IMG/VR virus record: IMGVR_UViG_3300046522_000316
Coordinates: 64,001 to 128,000 of that record
Source: a virus
Lineage: Duplodnaviria; Caudoviricetes
Length of the DNA: 64,000 nucleotides
Strand: one strand, 5' to 3'
Part shown: positions 19,061 through 28,748 of the stretch, piece after piece
Layout: every line of letters begins with the position of its first letter
Position numbering within the stretch: position 1 is the stretch's first letter
Notes under the pieces: generated by a model
The model's database searches: none
What the model saw: the letters and a program-made list of their open reading frames with translations, nothing else
What the model was told of the DNA's origin: nothing
Position numbers and translations under genes: made by a program

Positions 19061-19683
19061 ATACCTTGAATTTTGTTTTGCAGTAGGAGAACCATCGCGT
19101 ATCCGTGGGCCGCTACGTGCTGGCCGGAATCGCAGGTTCCACGATACGCATTGCTGATTACTGCTACCGGGTCAAAGTCGAGTGGCAATTCTGCCGCATC
19201 GCAAATTCCCAAAAGCTTTTCGATTAATTCAGGCATCACCGTAATCGGCAATGGCTGCATTTGTGTTTGCAGGCGAAGCGTCGAATCTTTCAAACTAATA
19301 CGACCGCGCACGTCCGAGAATTGAACGTAGACCCGATCATTGGCTACCAGCACCCGGACTTTTTTCCAGATATCGCTGGTGTCGCCGGAAAGCATCACCG
19401 ATTCAACGAAGTTATCGAAATTGTTGCGCACGAAATTAATCAATGTGCTTTCGACGTTCACCCGATCCAATTCCGCCTGAAGATCCCGACAGGCTTTGGC
19501 TTTGGTGCCGCTCGGTCGCCAGTATCCCAAACCGTTTGGAATCGTGTACGGGCGCTTTTCTTTAAAGCCGACTGCGGTGCCATTTTCGAAATAGTAGAGA
19601 CTGTTATCGTGAAGGCAAAACCCATCGGCAATAGCGCGGCACGAATTTACAAACGGTCTATCAAAGATACTGACCTCAAGCAT
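19057..19683 (-). CDS. Hypothetical protein
   Basis: Coupled ORF. Confidence 0.7.
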   Translation of the reverse strand: MLEVSIFDRPFVNSCRAIADGFCLHDNSLYYFENGTAVGFKEKRPYTIPNGLGYWRPSGTKAKACRDLQAELDRVNVESTLINFVRNNFDNFVESVMLSGDTSDIWKKVRVLVANDRVYVQFSDVRGRISLKDSTLRLQTQMQPLPITVMPELIEKLLGICDAAELPLDFDPVAVISNAYRGTCDSGQHVAAHGYAMVLLLQNKIQGM

Positions 19684-19703
19684 AAGCGGTTCCTAGAAAT
19701 GGT

Positions 19704-20687
19704 TTACTTCTTAATAGATTTTACAGTATTTGCCTTCGTTGATTTGGCGACCGGGGCTTTCCGTGGTTTCTTCGGCGGTTCGAAATGGGCAGTCGTCAAA
19801 AAGGCTGCGATTTCCGCACTGACTTTATTTCCTTCGCATTTCTCGGCCAATCCATAGGTCGTGGTTTCTGTGAGAAACGGACGCTTATCGGCTTCCATGT
19901 GGCGCAATTGTGCCACGGCGATTTCCATATTGTGCATAAGATCATTTACACCGATCCGCTGGTGCATAGTCAGGTCGCCGCGTGTGTAAGGTTTTTGGTA
20001 AATGATTTGACGGGCCAACTGCAAGGCCTCTACGGCACACAACGTCACGGCCCGCGAGCGTTCCGCCATATTGAACAGGTCAAATTTGCTGTAGATTTTC
20101 AGCAGATTCAATTTGGCTTCTACGCGATCCTGTTCGGCATAAGCTTTCAGGTTTTTTCCTACTTCCATTTTCATGCGGCTGGTGTTGCGGTGCATGATCG
20201 TGCCATATTTCAGCATTTTAAATTCGGTGCCGCCACCGGCAATCGCAATGCCGGAATCGCCTTTCGTGTTATCCAGATAAAGCAGCACACCATATTCGTG
20301 CTTAGGCTTTTTGACCACATGCTTTACCCATTCGCGGCTGTACCAGCGATCCCCGTCCGGCACGTATTCGGTTCCGTTGATAAACGATACCTGCGCGTAC
20401 AGGTGTTTCAACAGGGGCCGGATTTCCAGATAATCAGCGTAGCTTTTGATGGAGAAACGTTCGACGATTTCCTGCGCTGCTGCAAAGCACGGCTCAATGT
20501 ATTTATCAGGAATATTCTTGGTGGTTTCAGGCGGCAACTGATTCATTTTCCCGTTGCCGTTTGTAATCGTGATCAGTTCCAGACACTGCATAACGAGAAT
20601 GGAATGCAGGCCCATTAATTGAACGGCATCGCACAGCCCGCGTCTCGAATCGGACAGGCCAAATTCGGGTAGGTAAACGGTAGGCAT
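19704..20687 (-). CDS. Hypothetical protein (327 aa) with a basic C-terminal tail
   Basis: Long ORF with an AAGGA RBS upstream. Confidence 0.8.
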   Translation of the reverse strand: MPTVYLPEFGLSDSRRGLCDAVQLMGLHSILVMQCLELITITNGNGKMNQLPPETTKNIPDKYIEPCFAAAQEIVERFSIKSYADYLEIRPLLKHLYAQVSFINGTEYVPDGDRWYSREWVKHVVKKPKHEYGVLLYLDNTKGDSGIAIAGGGTEFKMLKYGTIMHRNTSRMKMEVGKNLKAYAEQDRVEAKLNLLKIYSKFDLFNMAERSRAVTLCAVEALQLARQIIYQKPYTRGDLTMHQRIGVNDLMHNMEIAVAQLRHMEADKRPFLTETTTYGLAEKCEGNKVSAEIAAFLTTAHFEPPKKPRKAPVAKSTKANTVKSIKK

Positions 20688-20820
20688 TTGGGTTTCCTTT
20701 TAACGGTTTGTTTCGAATGGCAGGCCGGGCGGCGGCTGGCGGGAAGGGGGGCTGCGGAACTGGGGGATGGGCGCCTTCGGCGCAGTTACCATAGGTAACG
20801 AGCATTAAACCGAAGGCCTA

Positions 20821-20845
20821 TTGTATTGTCGCAAGATCAATACAA
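20821..20845. promoter_or_regulatory. Operator-like inverted repeat
   Basis: TTGTATTG-N9-CAATACAA; a second palindrome GTTACC-ata-GGTAAC lies at about 20785-20799. Confidence 0.45.
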
Positions 20846-21255
20846 CGCAGGCAGAGCTATCCTTAAAAGTTCAAGCATTCATGCAACGCTTCCGCCTTGC
20901 TTTCTGCACCGACGCTGGGTGTGGGGATTTGCCGGACGCTTTTCTATTACGGGGAACCTTCGGTTCCCGCTCCTAACGCTCCGCGTTAGTCGCTATCGTT
21001 CTCGCTTCGCTCAACTGTCTGGCTTTCTCGCACGTTCAGTGCGATTCTGCCTGTTCCTGTGACTCAAGCGGTTCGATTTGCAGGCTCACTGTGTTCGCAA
21101 CGTTCCAAACGATTTCTCGTTCTGTCACTCAATTGTTCAGCATCCATACTCAATCCACTATTTACAGTTTTCGGATTCATGTTTTTTGGTCGGATTCCCT
21201 GTACCCATTGGGCCAAACGCCGGGTTGCCATTCGAATCATTTGAATAAAAAGGCA

Positions 21256-21286
21256 ATAAAAAAGGGGAACCTTTCGGCTCCCCTTT
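21256..21286 (-). terminator. Rho-independent terminator
   Basis: Minus strand reads AAAGGGGAGCC-GAAA-GGTTCCCCTTTTTT, just downstream of 21304-22221. Confidence 0.85.
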
Positions 21287-21303
21287 GGGTGGTTTGAATC
21301 GTT

Positions 21304-22221
21304 TTAAATGCTCGAAGCAGTCAGCTTGTCGTAGAGTTCAAGGATGTTTGCGCTGAAATCAAACCCTTTCAAGTTGTGCAAACAAACTTTGCAATCCGGG
21401 TAATCGTGGGCCGCACAATTGGTTGGCATTGCCATCATGCGCGCAGGCAGTGGGCACGGGTCTGCATCCATTAGCAAACGTTCGCAAACCAGTTTCACAA
21501 CCTTGACCATTTGTTCACCGGTCAACACAAAGTTTTCACCGGTTTGACCGTTGTTGATTTGCACGGTTGCCATTGGTTCTTCAACCACACCGCATTCGGC
21601 ACCAACAGGATCTACCGCAACTGCTGCGTCACACGTCGCCGGATCAATCGGGCATTCTTCGACAGGAATTGCTTCACCCTTTTCAACAGCAGGCGGAACC
21701 GGGCGATCAGCATTCGAGATTTCGTTGATGGTATTCCCATTCAAAGAAATACGAATTTTCCGAGGGCCGTAAGTCTGAATGCAAACCGCTGTTTCACCGT
21801 CGCGCTGGAAAGTCGTAACGTCCGCGTAACTCGGTTCCGGTGTGTATGGATTCGAACACACGACCTCAGTTTTGTGAAGCAAAGGAGACGCAGCACCAGC
21901 AGAACCGGGGCCGTGCATGGCTTCCCATTCAGCCGGGGAAATGTCGCCCATGCTGGCGATTGCCATATTCTTTTCGTTTGGAATCCAATCCGGTTTGTCG
22001 CGTTTCTGTTCCAGCGTAGCGGCCAGTTCTGGTTTCAAACTCTGCCACAAATTGCTGAATTCACGCGAGTTGTGGGTTTCAATGCAGTCCGCCAGTTTAT
22101 CCGCCGACGCTTTGGAAAACAGCGGCATGATCATGCGCAACATGAGGCTGCGTTTCTGCTTCAAAGTTGTCGCATTCCGAGCCATGACGATCATGTTGGA
22201 TGCAATCGCTAATTCTTTCAT
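21304..22221 (-). CDS. Hypothetical protein (305 aa)
   Basis: Long ORF followed by a terminator. Confidence 0.8.
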   Translation of the reverse strand: MKELAIASNMIVMARNATTLKQKRSLMLRMIMPLFSKASADKLADCIETHNSREFSNLWQSLKPELAATLEQKRDKPDWIPNEKNMAIASMGDISPAEWEAMHGPGSAGAASPLLHKTEVVCSNPYTPEPSYADVTTFQRDGETAVCIQTYGPRKIRISLNGNTINEISNADRPVPPAVEKGEAIPVEECPIDPATCDAAVAVDPVGAECGVVEEPMATVQINNGQTGENFVLTGEQMVKVVKLVCERLLMDADPCPLPARMMAMPTNCAAHDYPDCKVCLHNLKGFDFSANILELYDKLTASSI

Positions 22222-22769
22222 TAATCCTCCTGCGGAATTGTACGCACGACAGTGATTTCGAAATCCTCGGTGCGCAGAACCTTTTCGACCGTGGAATCAA
22301 TCCACTGATTTGTCACGATAATTCCACCTTCCGGATCTTTCTGCGCTTCCATGAACATGTCGAGAATTGCCTGCATGTCTTCGATTGTCGGTTCCCAATT
22401 TTCAGAACCGGCTTTGATGTGCAGAATGCGTTTCATGGTCTGCTGCGTGTAGCCGTCAACGAACGCGTCTTCCGGGCTGAACGATTCGTGGCCGTTTTGG
22501 TAACGCACGAAATAACCGCCAGTGTGAACAAGGTTGCGTTCCATGTAATCGTCGCCAACTACCGCAACAAATTCGCCGGTTTTATCAACCAAAACGTATT
22601 CGGTGTGGGAAGCAATCGGCAGCAAATCAACAGTGCCGTCTTCGTGTGGAATTTCTGCGTATTGCTGGGCAGGCACCGTGTCGTCGTGTGTGCCTTTCGC
22701 CTGCGCCGTGATGTGCGCGATTTGAAATGCTTCGACTTGTTTGTGGCAATTGTAGATTGGAAAATTCAT
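22221..22769 (-). CDS. Two-domain hypothetical protein (phage N-terminal domain plus a possible portal-like C-terminal segment)
   Basis: Y.CHKQVEA...GGYFVRYQNGHESFSPEDAF..GY, then ILHIKAGSENWEPTIED...DPEGGIIVT. Confidence 0.7.
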   Translation of the reverse strand: MNFPIYNCHKQVEAFQIAHITAQAKGTHDDTVPAQQYAEIPHEDGTVDLLPIASHTEYVLVDKTGEFVAVVGDDYMERNLVHTGGYFVRYQNGHESFSPEDAFVDGYTQQTMKRILHIKAGSENWEPTIEDMQAILDMFMEAQKDPEGGIIVTNQWIDSTVEKVLRTEDFEITVVRTIPQED

Positions 22770-22933
22770 TCATAAACCTCGACAGTTGGAGTCCCGCGAC
22801 AGCCCATGTGTGGACGCTGCCCATTTGAAGAATCGTGGTGATACCAATCGGAATACATCGGCTCATGCATCCAGTATTCCCACCGGCCACCGATCAGGCG
22901 GCGATACCATTTGAACATCCGAAAGATATTCAT
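22766..22933 (-). CDS. 55-aa Trp-rich hypothetical protein
   Basis: ATG at 22933 overlaps the upstream stop. Confidence 0.6.
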   Translation of the reverse strand: MNIFRMFKWYRRLIGGRWEYWMHEPMYSDWYHHDSSNGQRPHMGCRGTPTVEVYE

Positions 22934-23403
22934 TTGAGTTTGTACCCGTAGTGGATCGAACCACCGTTTGGGCCACCGTTGGAAACGTAACCGCCACGCA
23001 GTTCGAAAATGTCCTGCGCTTTGTTGATAATCTGCGTCCACTCTTCCGCGATTTGCGCATTGGTGAAAGTCAGGCGTGCGCAATTGTCCGGGCGATCAAA
23101 GATCAGGAACACCGAATCGGAGGCCAGCGCAATTTTCAGCAGGTTCGGGAAAACAGTCCACGGTTTCCACGCACTCAACGAAAGGAATTGCTTGTGGATT
23201 TCTGCGCGGACGCTGGCAGTCGCTACCATCAACGCCGATTCCAATTCCGGTTCGAAAAAGTTATTCGAATTGTTGGTGATTTGCCCGATGGAATGGCCGC
23301 GCAACGCGTAGTGCGCATCGTCGTCGTTTTTGACGATCAGCTGGCCGTCGATTGGCGTCACGTTGGTATCGTCGTCGGTGATAATCAGGTGAACGTATTT
23401 CAT
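22930..23403 (-). CDS. Hypothetical protein
   Basis: Coupled ORF. Confidence 0.7.
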   Translation of the reverse strand: MKYVHLIITDDDTNVTPIDGQLIVKNDDDAHYALRGHSIGQITNNSNNFFEPELESALMVATASVRAEIHKQFLSLSAWKPWTVFPNLLKIALASDSVFLIFDRPDNCARLTFTNAQIAEEWTQIINKAQDIFELRGGYVSNGGPNGGSIHYGYKLK

Positions 23404-24482
23404 CGCAGTTTGTATCCTTTCGAGATTGTCCGGAGTGGTTCAGTCGGTTGCAATACACGCGCAGAGCAAACCCATTCCAGCCGGGCCTGATCCTGCATAA
23501 TCTTCCGTTCCTTGTCGCGAATTTTCAGATAGAGATTTCGTTCTGGAATGCAGACGATATCGCCTTCGTTCACGTCGCTGACTTCTGGCCCCATCACGAT
23601 TGGAATATCGCTCATGGTTTGCAGGCGGTCGTAATCGAGTACGGTAGTTTCGCCGCCGATGTTCGCGTTAATCCGCTCGATGCCCATATCGAATTCAATT
23701 GCGAAATGAGTGAAGCGCTCGACCTTCACATACAGGTCAATCGTGCGGCCTTCGAAGCGGCGCAAATCTGCAATCGTGATTTGTTTTCCGTCTTTACGCA
23801 ACGGACGTTCACGCAGCACGAACAAATCTTCGCGGATGCTGTAGGTTGCAGAAACGAAATACTTCGGCACCAGCACTTGGAACATCACGTAACCGTTTTG
23901 TTCTTCGCGCACAAATGCATGCGGGCTGCTGGTCGAATCCAAATGCACGCCTTCGAGTCCGGCCACATCGTAATGCGTGTAGACCTTGCGCTGGGCACCG
24001 TAGGATTTATAACCGGGCTGGCGCAGTGAGCGATAGCAGATACCGCAATTGACAGAGCCTTGGTTTACCGAGTCTTCGAATTGTTCCGTTTCGATTCCAC
24101 GCAGGCCGTCGTTTGCCTCTTCCTGAATACCGGAAACGTCGCGGACTTCCACGTCGTTAAACATGCGATCCATTTCCGTACCGAAAATATCTTCGTCTTG
24201 GAATTCGATCCCGATATTTTCCGAGGAACGATCACGCTGGGGAATTGTTGGCGTTACGTTTGAGGTGGGCGGAATTTCGACGTTGGTACGGCAGCAGGAA
24301 CAGGGGCGCCCGACTTGCCGATCAATCTGATACAGAACGATTTTAACCGCGTTAACGGCCAACGAATTCGAAACCTGATGGTTGTAAGCTGTAACCGTTT
24401 CATCCAAACGGGCTTGGGCCTGTTTCTGAATGAAATTTCGTGCGTGGTTACGACGCACATTAGCGGGGCCGCGTTTGATCAT
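23400..24482 (-). CDS. Putative virion (neck/head-closure-like) protein with Cys motifs
   Basis: CSCC and CGICY..GY motifs, GGAGG RBS; the function is inferred. Confidence 0.45.
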   Translation of the reverse strand: MIKRGPANVRRNHARNFIQKQAQARLDETVTAYNHQVSNSLAVNAVKIVLYQIDRQVGRPCSCCRTNVEIPPTSNVTPTIPQRDRSSENIGIEFQDEDIFGTEMDRMFNDVEVRDVSGIQEEANDGLRGIETEQFEDSVNQGSVNCGICYRSLRQPGYKSYGAQRKVYTHYDVAGLEGVHLDSTSSPHAFVREEQNGYVMFQVLVPKYFVSATYSIREDLFVLRERPLRKDGKQITIADLRRFEGRTIDLYVKVERFTHFAIEFDMGIERINANIGGETTVLDYDRLQTMSDIPIVMGPEVSDVNEGDIVCIPERNLYLKIRDKERKIMQDQARLEWVCSARVLQPTEPLRTISKGYKLR

Positions 24483-24569
24483 AGATGATCCTCCATTCCC
24501 TATAAATTACTGGCTTGAAAACCGAGGATGCGAATTGTAATTCAGTAGTATGAGTTAAGGAGCAACACC

Positions 24570-25205
24570 ATGGCCCGTAAGCGTAAAGCAAAACCGAAGC
24601 CGATCAAGATTGAATTGCCTGTGCCAACGAAGAAACGTATTCGCGTAATGGGCGAAGACATGGGCACAAAGAATTACGCCGTAACGCAAATCGAAGCGTG
24701 GGTGAAAGAGGAAGACGGCAAACGCCGCATGTGCTTTAAAATCATCGGTACAAAGATGATGGAACACATGATTCACGACGTAAAGATTGCACAGCTTGAA
24801 TGCCGTGCGTTTGTCGATGAATACAACCAATTGCCAGCCGTTGATTACATTGCAGCCGAACGCTTTCAGGCCCGGCCCGGTCGCGGTGCTGGAACCACGG
24901 TTGAAGCCATTTCCATGATGCTTGGCGTAATGATGATCCTGCGCCCGGATATTCCAACCGAGTTCTATACGGCTGCAACGTGGAAGAACGAATTCAATCG
25001 GACGCCTGCCGATTTGAAAGAGATGTACGAAGACCTGAAAGTGAAATACAAAGGCAAAGGAATCGTGATTCACCAACTGGATTCGTTCCTTATCGCGCTT
25101 TATCACGCAGCGAAACTATTGCGTGTTCCGGCCTATGATTTCATTCATTCGCATACCGACGAAGAACGACTTTTCAATGTCCTTTCCAAAGCCCCAACCC
25201 TTTAA
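24570..25205 (+). CDS. ruvC: RuvC-like Holliday junction resolvase
   Basis: RNase H-fold motifs MGEDMGTKNYA, IAAERFQ and HQLDS. Confidence 0.8.
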   Translation: MARKRKAKPKPIKIELPVPTKKRIRVMGEDMGTKNYAVTQIEAWVKEEDGKRRMCFKIIGTKMMEHMIHDVKIAQLECRAFVDEYNQLPAVDYIAAERFQARPGRGAGTTVEAISMMLGVMMILRPDIPTEFYTAATWKNEFNRTPADLKEMYEDLKVKYKGKGIVIHQLDSFLIALYHAAKLLRVPAYDFIHSHTDEERLFNVLSKAPTL

Positions 25206-25253
25206 ATAATGTAAATACAGACTAATAATCTGGCATTAAAAAGGGCGGGAAAA

Positions 25254-25688
25254 ATGAAGGATATCAAAAACGTTTCGATTGATTTTAAACTGTTTCGGGC
25301 GGGCTTTAGCATCGGCCACAACGACCCGAAAAACCCGTTCCCCGAATCCTTTTTGGAGAACGTGGTGTATGCGCATTTGGATATCGACCGCCTGCGCGAA
25401 GACGATCAGACCCGGCCACACCAGCTGGCGCTGGGCATCGCAGAACGCATGACCAACGTGAAATATATTTACGAATTGTCGGTGGGGAAAATCGAACCGC
25501 CGCAAGAAATCTGGCTGTACAGCGAAATGCTTTCGAAGCATGTTGTGGCGAAACGCATCCTGACCGATATCAAAATGCGCGCAAGTTCGAGCAGCTATTC
25601 GAAATTGCCGGGCGGTGACAAAGAAATGTTGGTGCATCGCATGGTTTTCAATTGCTTCCTCGACGATATCGAGTTTCCGGGTCAGTAA
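25254..25688 (+). CDS. Hypothetical protein
   Basis: ORF in the + operon. Confidence 0.7.
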   Translation: MKDIKNVSIDFKLFRAGFSIGHNDPKNPFPESFLENVVYAHLDIDRLREDDQTRPHQLALGIAERMTNVKYIYELSVGKIEPPQEIWLYSEMLSKHVVAKRILTDIKMRASSSSYSKLPGGDKEMLVHRMVFNCFLDDIEFPGQ

Positions 25689-26227
25689 TGGCGCACGAAT
25701 GCCCACTGAGCCACTATGCGTTTAAAACGAAATGCCGTGTGACCACTTGTAAATATTACACGGAACAAACGCAACGTCGCTGTATGGCCCTCGATGCTGT
25801 GTTCGCCTCAACGAAAGGCGATCAGGAACAAGGTAAGAAAAAGAAAAAGAAAGACCAGCCAAAAGGTCTGACGGATGTGGAATTGCGATTGCTGAAATTG
25901 CCACACCTGACAAAGCGTGATGTGTTGATTGCCCGCAAAGCTTCGTGCGAACGCGTGTGGGCCGTCGTCGCCTTGTATCACGCGGCCCTCGAAGCAGCCA
26001 GCTATCAAAGTGACGACTTCGCGGAAGAAACACCGATCACCAGAAAAATTGCGGCGCATCCACTTTTTCAAGATCCGGAATTGAAATTGGAACCGTGGAT
26101 GATTCCGATGCTGTTAGACAAAGAGCATATGTCGAAATACGGCAGTCCAAAAATTCACCTACTGTTCGATGTGACCGACAAGGAACTAGAACAGACCTAC
26201 CCTAGCGACGGAGAAACACCTACATGA
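25688..26227 (+). CDS. Hypothetical protein with N-terminal Cys cluster and a Lys tract
   Basis: ATG at 25688 overlaps the upstream TAA. Confidence 0.7.
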   Translation: MAHECPLSHYAFKTKCRVTTCKYYTEQTQRRCMALDAVFASTKGDQEQGKKKKKKDQPKGLTDVELRLLKLPHLTKRDVLIARKASCERVWAVVALYHAALEAASYQSDDFAEETPITRKIAAHPLFQDPELKLEPWMIPMLLDKEHMSKYGSPKIHLLFDVTDKELEQTYPSDGETPT

Positions 26228-26865
26228 GCGCCAAGCCACAATCGAAAGCCCTGATGCGTCCCCTTACCGTTACTCAAGCGCTGGTCGATCACAAAGACGA
26301 TCTGGCCCTTTACGTGATGAACCGCACCAAACCAGCAGGCAATATCAACCTGACCGTTTTGGGCGAAGACGGCACGCAACAATCCATCGTGATTCCGAAA
26401 ACTTTCGTGCCTATCGACATGACGCTTTTCGCACCGCGTTCGAACCTGCTGAAAAACAAACATTTCCGTCAGCTGTGCCAGCTGGGCGAAATCGCAATCG
26501 CGCACCCGGACGACGCTGAAGCAGCAATTCAGAACAGCCCGAAAGCGAAGCAGGAAATCCAACGCGTTCTGACCATGAACGCCGGTTCCGATTCTTCGGC
26601 AATGCCGGAAATGTTGGAAATGCGTACCGACGTGGCGCCGCCTGTTCAACAACAAGCGCCGATCCACAACGAAGAATCGTACAGCCCGACGCCGTTTGTT
26701 GCTGGCATCGTGAACCGTGCGCTTCTGGAAGGCGAAGACATGGCCGACCTGATGGACGACATTTCGATGCGCGGCGACGAACTGAGCTTCGACGACCTGA
26801 CCTACATCGCGAACAACGTTGAAGATCAGACGCTGAAAATGTTCATCGCTGACATGATTCCGTAA
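26224..26865 (+). CDS. Hypothetical protein
   Basis: 213-aa ORF with strong codon bias, followed by a terminator. Confidence 0.8.
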   Translation: MSAKPQSKALMRPLTVTQALVDHKDDLALYVMNRTKPAGNINLTVLGEDGTQQSIVIPKTFVPIDMTLFAPRSNLLKNKHFRQLCQLGEIAIAHPDDAEAAIQNSPKAKQEIQRVLTMNAGSDSSAMPEMLEMRTDVAPPVQQQAPIHNEESYSPTPFVAGIVNRALLEGEDMADLMDDISMRGDELSFDDLTYIANNVEDQTLKMFIADMIP

Positions 26866-26885
26866 TTTTACGGAATTTAGGCAAT

Positions 26886-26925
26886 AAAAAAGGCCGCTCT
26901 CCTAAATGGATTGCGGCCTTTTTTT
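26886..26925. terminator. Bidirectional terminator between convergent genes
   Basis: AAAAAAGGCCGC...GCGGCCTTTTTT. Confidence 0.9.
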
Positions 26926-26940
26926 GGTTCTGGAACAGGG

Positions 26941-27243
26941 TTACTCGGGGATTTTAATGTCGCGGATTTGTTGGCAGATATCCAACACTGTATTTGGAAG
27001 CGAACCGTTGCGCAGCGCAATCAGCAACGTGACGTTGCGTTTGATCCCTTCGTGAATTCCGGTAATCATGTCGAACGCGAAAGCTTCGGTTACATCCTCA
27101 TGGAAACCAACGAACTGTGCGGGCGCGTGGCCGTAGTTGAATTCGTCGTAAAGTTTACGCATGACTTCCATGTGTTTTTCCATGGCAAGCACCAGCTGCC
27201 GTTTCGTGGCGTCGGTGACAAGCCGTTGTTTTGCTTCGCTCAT
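26941..27243 (-). CDS. Hypothetical protein, paralog of 27253-27570
   Basis: N..LL..LR.GS..N.VL...I motif shared. Confidence 0.7.
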   Translation of the reverse strand: MSEAKQRLVTDATKRQLVLAMEKHMEVMRKLYDEFNYGHAPAQFVGFHEDVTEAFAFDMITGIHEGIKRNVTLLIALRNGSLPNTVLDICQQIRDIKIPE

Positions 27244-27252
27244 AAATCCCCC

Positions 27253-27570
27253 TTAAACAATTCCGATACGGTATTCGATACGCTTGGCGCAGGTCAGCAC
27301 ACGGTTTTTGAAACTGCCGTGGCGCAACGTCTGGAGCAATTCGAAATTCGCGTTGATAGATTTTTCCAACGCAATCACGCTGACCAGCGCGTCGGCCTCG
27401 GTCATGTCGCCTTCGAAGCCCGACACACCACGCAGCGAACTCCAATCACCTACGCCGAATTCTTCCATTAAGGCGCGTTCGATTTCATCATCCTTGCGCG
27501 ACAGCTTGTTCAGCGCTTCCATGATTTCGTTGTCAGCCAGCGGGATTTGATTCAGTGGGCCAAAATTCAT
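27253..27570 (-). CDS. Hypothetical protein, paralog of 26941-27243
   Basis: Shared C-terminal motif. Confidence 0.7.
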   Translation of the reverse strand: MNFGPLNQIPLADNEIMEALNKLSRKDDEIERALMEEFGVGDWSSLRGVSGFEGDMTEADALVSVIALEKSINANFELLQTLRHGSFKNRVLTCAKRIEYRIGIV

Positions 27571-28691
27571 TTCTGTTTAATCCTCTTCGGTTTCTTTTCC
27601 ATGGACAGCTTCGGGAATTCCTTGCTGGTTTTCTCGATAGCCTTCACTTTCTTTTTCTTGGCCGGTGCCGAGGCTTCGACCTTTTTCACTTTCTTTTTCT
27701 TCGGCTTTTCTTCTTGACCGTAGGCGTAGACAATATCCTTCACCTTGTCGATCAGCTTCTGCGGTGCGGCGTCCGGGTCAAGCTTGATCAGATTGCCTTC
27801 GTCGTCATACTTGCACGGCAATTTCAGTTCTTCGAAATCCAGTTGGCCGTCACAGAAACTTTCGACCAGACGCGCCATCTGCTTACCGGCTTTGTCGTTA
27901 TCCGTCAGCGTGTAAACCTTCGTGATGCCAAGGCCTTGCAGCAGCATCAATTTACGCGGGCCGAACATTTTCGAACCGAGAATTGCACAGGCCGGGATTT
28001 TATTCAGCACCAGACGCAGCCAGTCACGCGGGCCTTCACACAGCACCACCGCTTTGCATCCGAACAAATCATGCTTGCGAATAAAATCGTAACCGAGCAA
28101 ACCGTAGTCCATTACCCAATCACCTTTGGTGTTGATATAGGACAATCCGGTTTCCTGTTTTTCCATCAACGCTTTAACGCCGCCCTTGTACCGGCCATTA
28201 ATGTAAATAGGAAGAGCAAGCAGAACGTCTTCGCGTTGATCCTCACTGAACATGTGACCATTCACGCGTTCAATCATTGTGCCGGGATATCCGCGCCAAT
28301 CTTTTTCCTTGGGCCACGGAATTACCGCGCCGCCCAATTCTTCGTAGAGTCGCCCGATGGAACGGTTATTCGTATTTTCTCTTTCTTTCTTTTTCCGGTT
28401 GTATCGTGCCCGGTCGCCAGCAGTTGATCCGTTGAAGAATTGCCATTTTTTCAGCTGCTGTAAATCAAGCTTAGCCGCCAGCTTGTTCCACGGCCCCGAT
28501 TCACCACACGACCAACAGTTAAACGTTCCTACAGGCACCCGCGCTTCTAGGCTGATGTTAATGCCGAGCGATGGGTTACTGTCTTCGTGGAACGGACAAA
28601 CGATTTCGAACGTGGTTGTTTTGAATCTGGTTGGGCCTTGGATTTTTTCTAGTTCGGCCATGATGACCGTGAAGGCATCATCAAGTTTCAT
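27567..28691 (-). CDS. dnaG: DnaG-like DNA primase (CHC2 zinc finger plus TOPRIM) with a poly-Lys tail
   Basis: CPFHEDSNPS...CWSC, VLCEGPRD and DNDKAG. Confidence 0.88.
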   Translation of the reverse strand: MKLDDAFTVIMAELEKIQGPTRFKTTTFEIVCPFHEDSNPSLGINISLEARVPVGTFNCWSCGESGPWNKLAAKLDLQQLKKWQFFNGSTAGDRARYNRKKKERENTNNRSIGRLYEELGGAVIPWPKEKDWRGYPGTMIERVNGHMFSEDQREDVLLALPIYINGRYKGGVKALMEKQETGLSYINTKGDWVMDYGLLGYDFIRKHDLFGCKAVVLCEGPRDWLRLVLNKIPACAILGSKMFGPRKLMLLQGLGITKVYTLTDNDKAGKQMARLVESFCDGQLDFEELKLPCKYDDEGNLIKLDPDAAPQKLIDKVKDIVYAYGQEEKPKKKKVKKVEASAPAKKKKVKAIEKTSKEFPKLSMEKKPKRIKQK

Positions 28692-28726
28692 TTAATCGAC
28701 CTCAAGAATACCAATTTAATAGTATC

Positions 28727-28735
28727 ATTTACAGT
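28727..28735 (-). promoter_or_regulatory. ACTGTAAAT motif upstream of the primase gene
   Basis: Exact motif about 35 bp before the ATG. Confidence 0.7.
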
Positions 28736-28748
28736 TACTGGGGCGCCT

